DNA of 64,000 nucleotides, from assembly GCA_963721455.1 (NCBI GenBank), contig CAVRJG010000039.1, positions 96,001-160,000 on the forward strand. Reading direction: 5' to 3'. Below, in pieces: positions 41,573 to 50,607 of the stretch. A program made the translations under genes and the position numbers. Every line of letters begins with the position of its first letter. The first letter of the stretch is position 1. The notes below the pieces were generated by a model. That model did no database searches, was not told the DNA's origin, and worked only from the letters and a program-made list of their open reading frames with translations. This DNA is from an uncultured Methanosarcinaceae archaeon (GTDB taxonomy: Archaea > Halobacteriota > Methanosarcinia > Methanosarcinales > Methanosarcinaceae).

Positions 41573-42700
41573 TCAAAACCGTTTTTTTATTGCATCCCAG
41601 AGCATTTCCATTTTTTCAAATGGTGTATTCAGAGGGATTTCACATCCTGTAGTCAGGATAAAACCTTTTTTGGAAGCTGCGTTGAGGCAGCTTTTGACCT
41701 CGTGCTCAATCTCAACCATGGAACCGACAAGAGGCGCATCCGGAATTATGTTTCCCATAAGGCAGATGCCGGCATCGGAAAATTCTTTAAATTCGTTAAA
41801 ACAGTGTCGAGAGCTGCACCCGATATTTTTATGGTTGTGAAGCTTCTTGCATTCGACTCCGTATTTATTTTCGAGAGCCCGGACATTGCCAAAGGCGAAA
41901 TTCAGCGCATTGGGCTTGAGTTTTAATTCCAGGTCATAGAAGGCCTGGGCTGCACAGTTGTGGGAAATTACATATCCCCCTCGGGCTTTTATGTGCTCAT
42001 ATAACTCCTTTGTATAGGGCAGCATGAATTCCTCTGCCATCTGCCGGCTGAAAAGGTCGCCTGTATTTTCGCCGTTTTCAACGAAAATGCCGTCAACTCC
42101 TGCCTCAAGCAAGACATCGGCAAAATAGGTGCAGCTTTCAGTAAGTTTTTCCAGCAGGGAGTGAAAATTATCTCTGTCCTTCAGCATGTCAATGCAGAGC
42201 CTGCTCCCTCCCATAACCTGGGATGCAAGCATTAGAGGAGACATAGCCGCCCCGAGGATGAAGGTTTCATCCCCTATTTCCTTTTTAAGGATTTCAACCG
42301 AGCCTGCAACACTTTTTACCCTCTCAGAACGCTCGATATCTCCGGGATTTATCTGCTCGTGCTCAGCCGCAGATTTCAAGGCATATTTTGCAACTGCAGG
42401 ATATGCATTTTCCTTGATACTCACCTTTGTTCCCAGGGCTTCAGCTTCGACAAGCAGGCAGCCCCAGGGAGACATCACATTGTCGTGGTGGTACATCTCC
42501 CTGGCAAGAATCTGAGCTTTTGCAATACCTTCTGCAGAACAATAGACATCTTTGAGACTTGCGCCCATCCTTTCCAGAACTGCATGGCCGGCTCCGAACC
42601 AAAGATAACCGTAGGGGACCCGGTCAACATCCTTTTGCTCAAGCGCGTTAATGAAACGTTCCCTTGAGGTCATTTCCGCTTCCATATTAGATATCTCCAT
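41573..42700 (-). CDS. Uroporphyrinogen decarboxylase superfamily / MtaA-CmuA-like methyltransferase
   Basis: TSRERF...DRVP, VEAEALG, HxC (SHNC), LMGNI and GFILTTGCEIP motifs. Confidence 0.85.
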   Translation of the reverse strand: MEISNMEAEMTSRERFINALEQKDVDRVPYGYLWFGAGHAVLERMGASLKDVYCSAEGIAKAQILAREMYHHDNVMSPWGCLLVEAEALGTKVSIKENAYPAVAKYALKSAAEHEQINPGDIERSERVKSVAGSVEILKKEIGDETFILGAAMSPLMLASQVMGGSRLCIDMLKDRDNFHSLLEKLTESCTYFADVLLEAGVDGIFVENGENTGDLFSRQMAEEFMLPYTKELYEHIKARGGYVISHNCAAQAFYDLELKLKPNALNFAFGNVRALENKYGVECKKLHNHKNIGCSSRHCFNEFKEFSDAGICLMGNIIPDAPLVGSMVEIEHEVKSCLNAASKKGFILTTGCEIPLNTPFEKMEMLWDAIKKRF

Positions 42701-43133
42701 TTTTAAGCTTCCAGAGATTAATATAAAAGTAGTTGTATAAATACTGGCCAGAATAAAGGCTGAAAAAATTTCATTTTATTCTAAAAACTGCTCAAGCTAA
42801 AGTAAAATAATGTAAATAAAAAAGATGTAAGGGAAGAAAATTCTTCAACTACCCACTGTAACTCTGGAGAGGAATACTACGATCCTGCATTATCTGAATT
42901 CACCAGGCATCAGATAGCGGCTTTTGCACAAAGGCCGATACATGATAATAGGCTTGTACGGCTAAATAATGCAGGCGTGCTTGCATCAGACGAGTGAAAG
43001 TACCTCGTTAGGAATGTAGACTTTGCCTGTTATCGGAGCGTAGACAACTATGCCTTTGAGCTCATGAGTTGAGCCATCCTTGATAAAGCGTGCTAGAAGG
43101 ATTAAAAAAGTAAAATACAGTAGACGCACATCA

Positions 43134-43303
43134 AAAGAAGAGTAAGAAAAGTCCGGAAGCTCTATGTTCCTTTTACCGTAGCCCCCGATACAGTCGCTCT
43201 GAAAATACACTCCCCCAAGCGTATTAATTCAGAAAAGGACAAAGGGCTTCCGAGCAATTCTTCACTTACTATTCATACCTTACTCACTCGCTCTGTCCAC
43301 TCC
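43134..43303 (-). ncRNA. Putative structured sRNA, copy 1
   Basis: Closing stem CGGAAGC/GCTTCCG, inner TCCTTTT/AAAAGGA, hairpins AATACGCT-TGGGGG-AGTGTATT and ACTGTA-TCGGGGGC-TACGGT, U-rich tail. Confidence 0.65.
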
Positions 43304-43429
43304 AAATTACAATATAGAATTATCCCTGTAATTATTTTAAATTAATTATATCAAAAATTAGTTTCGAACGAAAAATGCTTTCGCATAAAAAGTTTTAAAA
43401 CCGAAATATAATTTCATACTAAATCAATT

Positions 43430-43469
43430 TTTAGCGTTACGCTGGACTTATTTAGCGTTACGCTGGACT
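43430..43469. repeat. 21-bp tandem duplication of a short hairpin
   Basis: TTTAGCGTTACGCTGGACT x2. Confidence 0.8.
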
Positions 43470-43794
43470 CAACGGAGCTTAAAAAAGAGCTACGGTAAAG
43501 AGGTTGATAGGGGATTAGTTTCAGCTTGCGATATGGTTGAAACTTTCAATAGGAATATATAAGGACGATTTCAGTTCTTCGAAGCCTTAACGAGACTTAG
43601 AAAAGAACTAAACAACATGACTCAAAAATAAAATTTGAAACCATAAAGCGAAAACATAACAAAAAAATAGCCTATTAGAAATCACAGCAAAAGAGTTTAG
43701 CAGGAAATAAAAAGAATAAGAAGAAGATATGCAGGAAATAAAAAGAATAAGAAGAAGATATAAAGGTTAGAAGAAATGAAGGTTACTAAAAGAT

Positions 43795-43966
43795 GGTAAA
43801 GACAGTATGAATATACCCAGAGGCACTGTATCCTTTGACTTTATCCCCCAATAAAGCCTCTCCGAAATTATGCTCCCCCAAGCATATTGGTCCGAAGAAG
43901 GATCAGCGACCCCCAGAAAATTCTCTTATTTATTGTGGTAAATACCCCATCTAACTTCCCAACTCC
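43795..43966 (-). ncRNA. Putative structured sRNA, copy 2
   Basis: CGCTGATCCTT/AAGGATACAGTG stem; hairpins TATGCTT-GGGG-GAGCATA and GGCTTTATT-GGGG-GATAAAGTC. Confidence 0.65.
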
Positions 43967-44305
43967 AGAATATACTAATAACATAAATTATTTTAAATTA
44001 ATTATACAAAATATTCTATTTAAGCAAAAAATAATTCGGCGTAAAAAATTTCAATGCCACCATAGAGTCAAATTCAGAGCCTGCGTTTTAGCTGAGAAAA
44101 AAAGATTTTATACCAGGCCCGGAGTAAAACAGAAGTTTCGTCGCAGATAAAAAGAATTCTGTGGCAGATAACAAATATGAGATAAATAGCAGAACCACGC
44201 AAATAAATCATGGAATAAGAACAGAAAAACAGTATCTTTTTTCAAAAAATCCGAAGATAATAAATAAGAATAAAAAGGAAATCATTTAAAAACATGTGAA
44301 AACTC

Positions 44306-44477
44306 AGTAAGAAGAAGCCCGAGAGCAGTTTAGTCCCTTTGCCGTATCCCCCAACACAGCCGCTCCAACGATATGTTCCCATCCAAATATCGTAAAGCAA
44401 GGATCAGGTAGCTCCCGGGCAATTCTGTCACAACCCGCTACTTTGCTATTCAATCATACCCTGTCTCTTCCAGCTCC
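44306..44477 (-). ncRNA. Putative structured sRNA, copy 3
   Basis: GCCCGGGAGC/GCTCTCGGGC closing stem; hairpins ACGATAT-TTGGATGGGAAC-ATATCGT and GCTGTGTT-GGGG-GATACGGC; U-rich tail. Confidence 0.65.
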
Positions 44478-44695
44478 AGAATATAGTAAGAGAATAAATT
44501 ATTTTAAATTAATTATACAAAAAATTGCCTACAAACAAAAAATAGTTCCATGCAAAATATTTCAAAGCCAGAAAAGAACTGTAGGTAGAAATACATGCAG
44601 AAGTCAAATCTGACCGGGAAATTAAGACAAAAAGTCCCGGGCTGGCACAAAAATTAAGTACATGAATTAATCTATAAGTAAAAGCCTTAATATGC

Positions 44696-44768
44696 AGTCC
44701 TGTAGGGTAGTGGTCAATCCTTCGGGCCTTTGGAGCCCGGGACAGCGGTTCGAATCCGCTCAGGACTA
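44696..44768 (+). tRNA. tRNA-Gln(TTG)
   Basis: AGTCCTG...CAGGACTA; anticodon arm CGGGC-CTTTGGA-GCCCG; GGTTCGAATCC T-arm. Confidence 0.97.
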
Positions 44769-45099
44769 TAAAAATATTTTTAATAATTCTAAGTAATTGA
44801 TGTTTTTATTACTGTTTTTCAAACTCTTTTATTTACGCCTATTCACAAAGTGTTAGCTGAAGCAAAAAAATGTTTTTGACGTAAAATTAATCCAACTTAA
44901 TACCAATAATGCGCAAGATAGAGTTTGAGCCTTTTGATAGTTGGCCTATGATAGAATTACCAATTTTTTTGATTACTTCCTGGACTGGTTTATGGGAATC
45001 TCATGGCTTCATAGATTGCTTCCCTTTTGCTCCAGGTTCATGGTTTTTAACTCATTTTAAGCTCTTTCAAACTCTGGTTTCGTCGTTGAGTCATTGATT

Positions 45100-45285
45100 T
45101 ATTATTAGATCTGTAAATGCTATTACTTTTTGGGAAGGGGTTGAAATCACTTTCGAAATGAAGTTTTTACAGTTTTTTCTCCAGGACCAGATGCAGTAAC
45201 CCCTGCGGTAGCGGTAGAAAATTCAAACGTTGTCACGACCATCAAAAAGGAGGACTGGAAGGGAGAAATCGGAAGTAGAGTATAA
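45100..45285 (+). pseudogene. Gene fragment duplicated with the peptide cassette (second copy at about 46230-46440)
   Basis: VNAITFWEGVEITFE...SPGPDAVTPAVAVENSNVVTTIKKEDWK vs VNSITFREGVETTFE...SPGPDAITPAPEVAVENSNAVTAIVKEDRK; coding strand uncertain. Confidence 0.5.
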
Positions 45286-45389
45286 ACAGGGACAGGACTC
45301 TGCCACGACATATAGATCGGTTTTAGGAAATAAATGAGAAAGTGGGAAAATTGGAAGGTAAGATAAAGACACCTACCTCTCAACAATCA

Positions 45390-45617
45390 TCAGCGACCCC
45401 GATCGTCACTGTCACAATTGCCCCGATCTTTCCAGTTACAACCGCCACCATCTTTACTATGTCCATCTCCACCAGATCCATCTCCACCAGATCCATCTCC
45501 ACCAGGTCCATCTCCACCATCAACGACTCTTGCTGATGCAGTTGTCAGAGATACTACAAAAAAGACAACCAGTAAAATGACCAGCGTCTTTTTTATTATA
45601 GATGTTTGTTCCCCCAT
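45390..45617 (-). CDS. Secreted Gly/Asp-rich peptide, paralog A
   Basis: Signal KKTLVILLVVFFVVSLTTASA; GGDGS repeats; Cys/Trp tail; shared promoter and terminator. Confidence 0.8.
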   Translation of the reverse strand: MGEQTSIIKKTLVILLVVFFVVSLTTASARVVDGGDGPGGDGSGGDGSGGDGHSKDGGGCNWKDRGNCDSDDRGR

Positions 45618-46553
45618 TTGTCTACACCCCTAACTTTTGTTAAAATTGATACAATTCAAAACTATTGTTTAATAACACTTTTCGCAGGCAGAAGCCTTTA
45701 GTAAATATTATTTAACCAATTATATTATTTAATCGATTATATTATTTCACCAATTAGTCATCCAGATTTATTTCTTGAAGAGTATATTGGTCATTCTTTC
45801 TTGATTTTATGTCTGATATATTATGTGCCTATGAAAGCGATTTCAAATTGTACCATTACGAGATTATCATTGATGGAATATAATATTAATTGGATTATGA
45901 ATACGAAACCAATAAATATTAGTCTGAAATAATCGTGTCAAATTGCCGTAGATATACTTCAGTAATGATATTTACCACAATTAATTCTCATTTTTCATAT
46001 AACTTTACAAAAATATCACTCAATTGCCAAGAATTGCAATAGACTCAAAGTTCATATCGACTTAGATAATATAAAGTTCAGTAAATCGGGAAATATATAT
46101 TGAGCCTATCCCAAAAGCCACTTTATTCTTAATCATTGGGAATTTTCAGAATTTTTTTCATGATCTTGAGCTTGATTGATTATTCGAAATACAAGGCCCA
46201 AGAAGCAAATTTCAAGTTTTGGGATGAACTCTATACCTGTAAATTCTATTACTTTTAGGGAAGGGGTTGAGACCACTTTCGAAAAAGAGATTTCACAGTT
46301 TTTTTCTCCAGGACCGGACGCAATAACCCCTGCCCCTGAGGTAGCGGTCGAAAATTCAAACGCTGTCACAGCCATCGTAAAGGAGGACCGGAAGAGAGAA
46401 ATCAGAAGTAAAGACCACACCGGGTTCAGCTACGGCCTATAGATCGATTTTATGAAAGAAATAAGTAGGAAAAAGTAGGAAATTAGTAGGAAAGCGAGAA
46501 AGTAGGATGAAGAAATCTGTGTTATGAAAGGAATAAAGTAGGAAAGTGAGAAA

Positions 46554-46573
46554 GTAGGATGAAGACATCCTAC
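46554..46573 (-). terminator. Hairpin plus pyrimidine tract downstream of each peptide gene (also 47596-47615, 49439-49458, degenerate at about 45356-45376)
   Basis: GTAGGATG-TCTT-CATCCTAC followed by TTTCTC on the minus strand. Confidence 0.75.
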
Positions 46574-46583
46574 CTCTCAACAA

Positions 46584-46987
46584 TTACCACCAGTCACATC
46601 TGTCCCAGCAGCCCCAATCGTTCAAGCCACAGCCACAGCCGCCATAGCCGCCCCAGTTGCCCAGGCCCCAGCCGCCATAGCCGCCCCAGTAGCCGCCCCA
46701 GCCGCCATAGCCACCACGGTGTCCTCCACCGTATCCACCACGGTGTCCTTTAAATCCTCCACCGTATCCACCGCGGTGTCTCCTCCACCGTATCCACCTT
46801 GGTGTGATCCACCGCCACCGTATCCACCGTGTGATCCACCGCCACCGTGTCCCATCTGATGTCCACCGCCACCGCCACGGCCACCGCCACGGCCACCGCC
46901 AGGAGCGGCGCTTACTGCCGCAGCTGTCACAGATACTACAAAACAGACAACTAGTAAAATAGCCAGTGTCTTTCTAAGTTTCCCCAT
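46584..46987 (-). CDS. Secreted Gly/Tyr/His/Trp-rich peptide, paralog B (1-nt frameshift near 46780)
   Basis: Signal MGKLRKTLAILLVVCFVVSVTAAAVSA; after the shift the frame reads HRGGYGGG...GGYGGWGGYWGG...GGCGCGLNDWGCWDRCDWW*. Confidence 0.8.
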
Positions 46988-47625
46988 TTGTCTACACTCC
47001 TAACTTTTGTTCAAATTGATACAATTCAAAGTGTTTTATAATCACTTTTCACAGGCAGATACATTGAGTAAAGATTATTTCACCAATTAGTCATTCAGAT
47101 TTATTTTTTGAAGAATTCCTTGAAGAAAATGTTATTGATACCTTCTATCTTCACTTATGTCCGATGTATATGCCTATGAAAGCGATTTCAAATTGTATCA
47201 ATATAAGATAATAATTCAAAGAATATAATATATACCGAATTATAGATAAGGAAATAATATATACTGAATTATACATCAGAACCAATAAATATGATTGTGA
47301 CCCATTAGCTGGCTGAGATTTTATTTTTTGAGTGTAGGTTATTCACCTGCACCTGTTTTCTAAGCTTATTTGCTTACGAGAAATTGAAACATATAATGTG
47401 AAAGAATGAGACTCGGAAAGCAAGTAGGGGAATATACTAGGGAAAAAATAGCAACTTATTATTAATGGACCGCCAATAAATATTAAAATCTGAATAATCA
47501 TGTAATCTGTTTTATGAAAGGAATAAAGTAGGAAAGCGAGAAATTAGGATGAAGAAATCTGTTTTATGAAAGGAATAAAATAGGGAAGTGAGAAAGTAGG
47601 ATGAAGACATCCTACCTCTCAACAA

Positions 47626-47916
47626 TCAACACCAGTTACAGCCCAAGTTACAGCCACAACTGCGGTCCCAGCAACCACTGCCACAGCCGCCCCAGCCGCC
47701 CCAGCCCCAGTTGCCGCCCCAGCCGCCCCAGTTGCCGCCCCAGCCGCCCCAGTTGCCGCCCCAGCCGCCACCGTGTCCGCCGTGCCGCCGCCAGCCGCCG
47801 CCGCCCCAGCCGCCACCGCCTCCATGTCCGCCGCGTGCGTCTACTGCCGTAACTGTCAATGACATTACAAACAAAACAACTAGCAAAATAGCCAGTGTCT
47901 TTTTCAGTCTACCCAT
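47626..47916 (-). CDS. Secreted Gly/Trp-rich peptide with Cys-rich tail, paralog C (intact)
   Basis: RBS GGGAGTG; MGRLKKTLAILLVVLFVMSLTVTAVDA/RGGHGG...(GGNWGGW)n...GGCGSGCWDRSCGCNLGCNWC*. Confidence 0.88.
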   Translation of the reverse strand: MGRLKKTLAILLVVLFVMSLTVTAVDARGGHGGGGGWGGGGWRRHGGHGGGWGGNWGGWGGNWGGWGGNWGWGGWGGCGSGCWDRSCGCNLGCNWC

Positions 47917-47942
47917 ATATCTACACTCCCTATTTTTGTTCA

Positions 47943-47985
47943 AATTGATACAATTCAAAACTATTGTTTTATAATCACTTTTCGC
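47943..47985 (-). promoter_or_regulatory. BRE/TATA promoter plus palindromic operator conserved upstream of all four peptide genes
   Basis: GCGAAAAGTGATTATAAAA on the minus strand; AATTG-ATA-CAATT palindrome at 45644, 47014, 47943 and 49774. Confidence 0.7.
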
Positions 47986-48469
47986 AGTTCACAGGCAGAT
48001 GCATTGAGTAGATATAATTTCACCAATTAGTCATCCATATTTACTTATTGAAGAATTTCTTGAAGGGAACATTATTTCAAGAGAATGCTATTGGTACATT
48101 CTATCTCCACTCTATGTCCGATGTATATGCCTGTGAAAGCGATTTCAAATTGTACCACTATAGAATCATCATTTATGGAATATAATATAAACAGAATTAT
48201 AAATAAGAAACCAATAAATATCAAAGTCTGAAATAATCCTGTCATTTTCCCGCAGATAGAGCTCAGTAATGAGATTTATCACAATCAATTCTCACTTTTT
48301 ACATAACTCCACAAAAATACCACTTGCGTACCCAAAATTGCAAAGCTCAAAGTTCATATCGACTTAAATAGTATAAAACTGGGTAAATCGGAAAATATTT
48401 ATTAATAATGTGTAGGTTTTACGAAGCCTTGACTCTTTTTCATTAAGCAGGTGATTTATCTCAATTCCA

Positions 48470-48599
48470 TAGGACTTACGCAGTTGGACTGAAAAACCAG
48501 TAGCTTGAGACTTCAAGTGATTCAAATCATAATATAAATCAAAATATATATGACAGATCTGCTCGTGTACTATGTTACCCCTCAGGTGCGTAAGCCCTA
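48470..48599. mobile_element. MITE with terminal inverted repeats (second copy 50323-50436)
   Basis: TAGGACTTACGCA...TGCGTAAGCCCTA; about 130 bp, no ORF; near-identical interior in both copies. Confidence 0.75.
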
Positions 48600-49150
48600 C
48601 GAATCAAAAACCTATTTCCTGAAGGCAGGATACAAAAGATCGTTTCTGACGAAGATAAAGCAATCATTGGAGCTGTAAAGAGTGTCTTCCCTGAAGTGGC
48701 TTATTCCTTTTGTGTATTTCACCAATTAAAAAACGTTAGCAAGAGGTATAGTGATGAATTCAACTCTATCACAAATATTCCAGATAATGATGAGCTTGTG
48801 TACAATGAGATGTCAATTAATACGCTCTGATACGGTCATCAGTGCTGTTGTATGTTTTCAAAAGATACGAGAATTGGATTCTAATCTGGAACTTTCAAAA
48901 GCGTCTCATAAAGCGATTTCTTATGCAAAAGAGATTTTCACGAAAAATGTAAGCTTTTTGAAAAAAGGGTTTACACCTGAGACAGATAAAATACAATGGA
49001 ACAGATATTTTCTTTGATAAGTGATGTTGTAGACAAAGCAAGATCATTCAAAACTGATAGTGGTCTAACTAATTTTTGTTACAATTTGTTTACTTATTTA
49101 ACAAACGGTGTTTCCACACTGGAAAATGGAGATGATTCTCACCCTTAATG
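48600..49150 (+). pseudogene. DDE transposase fragment (IS256/ISH6-like)
   Basis: KIVSDEDKAIIGAVKSVFPEVAYSFCVFHQLKN (D...FP...CxxH) followed by frameshifted ...FTPET...MEQIFS...ARSFKT. Confidence 0.75.
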
Positions 49151-49468
49151 AGGGTAAGATTCCAATATGGATAAAGGTAAAAGGAAAAAAGTAAACCTTC
49201 AATCTAAACTGAAATTCCTATAGCGGTAGCTAATGGAAATTTCCACAAAAAATAGGGTGCCTAGTAAAAAATTGTATAAGTTCTTGCATGATTGAATCAA
49301 CTTTTCCAAAATGAGTAGATTGGTTCACTCCAAATTATGATGAAATTTCATGATTTTTTCGAAATTGAAGAAGAACCAGAAAAATAAAAAAGACTCGTAG
49401 ATATGTATTATGAAATAAATAAATGGAAAAGTAAGAAAGTAGGATGAAGACACCCTACCTCTCAAAAA

Positions 49469-49745
49469 TCACCACCATGTGCCACAACAGCCACAACGGT
49501 GGTCCCAGCAATCACAGCCGCAGCTGCGCCAGCCGCCCCAGTTGCCGCCCCAGCCCCAGTTGCCGCCCCAGTGGCCGCCCCAGCCGCCACCGTGACCCCA
49601 GCCGCCGCCGCCGTGTTCCACCGCCGCCGCCGCCGTGTTTCCAGCCGCCGCCACCATGTGGGCGGGCGTCTACTGCCGCAACTGTCAATGACATTACAAA
49701 CATGACAGCTAGTAAAATAGCCAGTGTCTTTTTCAGTTTAACCAT
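49469..49745 (-). CDS. Secreted Gly/His/Trp-rich peptide with Cys-rich tail, paralog D (frameshift near 49620)
   Basis: MVKLKKTLAILLAVMFVMSLTVAAVDA/RPHGGGGWKHGGGG + HGGGGWGHGGGWGGHWGGNWGWGGNWGGWRSCGCDCWDHRCGCCGTWW*. Confidence 0.8.
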
Positions 49746-50607
49746 ATATATCTACACTCCCAACTTTTGTTCAAATTGATACAATTCAAAGCTATTGTTT
49801 GATAATCACTTTTCGCAGGCAGATGCATTGAGTAACAGGCAGATACATTGAGTAAATATTATTTCACCAATTAGTCATCAATTAGTCGTCCAGATTTATT
49901 TCTTGAAGAGAATGTTATTGGTACATTCTGTTTTCACTTTATGCCCGATGCATTATGTGCCTATGAAAGCGATTTCAAACTGTATCACTTTGGTATCACT
50001 TTGATACACTTTGATATCATCATTCATCGAATATAATATCAACAGAATTATAAATAAGAAACTAATAAATATTGAGGTCTGAAATAATCTTGTCATTTTC
50101 CCGCAGATATAGCTCAGTAATGAGATTTATCACAATCAATTCTCACTTTTTACATAACTCCACAAAAATACCACTTGCTTACCCAAAATTGCAATGAGCT
50201 CAAAGTTCATATCGACTTGAATAGTATAAAACTGGATAAATCGGAAAATATATATTAGTAATGTGTTGTATTTAAGAAGCCCTGACTCTTTTTCATTAAG
50301 CAGGTTATTTATCTCAATTCCATAGGACTACACAGTTGGACTGAAAAACCAGTAGTTCGAGACTTCAAGTGATCCAAATCATAATATATGACAGATCTGC
50401 TCGTGTTCTGTGTTGCTCCTCAGGTGCGTAAGCCCTGCCAGGGACCTAAATCGTCAACATCCCAATTACAGCCTGAACTAATCGTTCAATCACCAATCAA
50501 TAGCAGTCACAGCCGTTCCAGCCGTGCCCGAGGAAGAAACCGCTCAGGACTATAATCTAATTTTTACATAATCCAGTTGAAATTGCCTATTGGTTTAAAA
50601 AAGGAAT

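Larger units (their letters stand above)
44756..50555. mobile_element. tRNA-Gln-integrated genomic islet (attL/attR), no integrase left
   Basis: 16-bp direct repeat CCGCTCAGGACTATAA at 44756-44771 (tRNA 3' end) and 50540-50555; AT-rich interior with accessory cargo. Confidence 0.8.

Noticed and set aside
42840-43110. Plus-strand protein-like frame (GEEYYDPALSEF...) with internal stops
   Set aside because: Possibly a gene relic, but no family can be recognised from sequence alone.
42986-43210. 74-aa minus-strand ORF overlapping sRNA copy 1 (CIGGYGK, similar to CVGGYGK in copy 3)
   Set aside because: The same frame has stops in copy 2; the similarity is better explained by conserved RNA structure.
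43700-43760. 31-bp purine-rich tandem duplication
   Set aside because: Simple slippage in the terminator tract of sRNA copy 2; no independent function is evident.
45418-49779. Pro-rich, Ser/Arg-rich and Ala-rich ORFs in the track (e.g. 47711-47974, 47601-47852, 47619-47825, 49444-49779)
   Set aside because: They are antisense or alternate-frame shadows of the GGC/TGG-rich peptide genes and lack RBS and promoter support.
43100-50500. CRISPR array interpretation of the repeats
   Set aside because: There is no constant 25-40 bp repeat with regular unique spacers and no cas genes; the repeats are whole cassettes.
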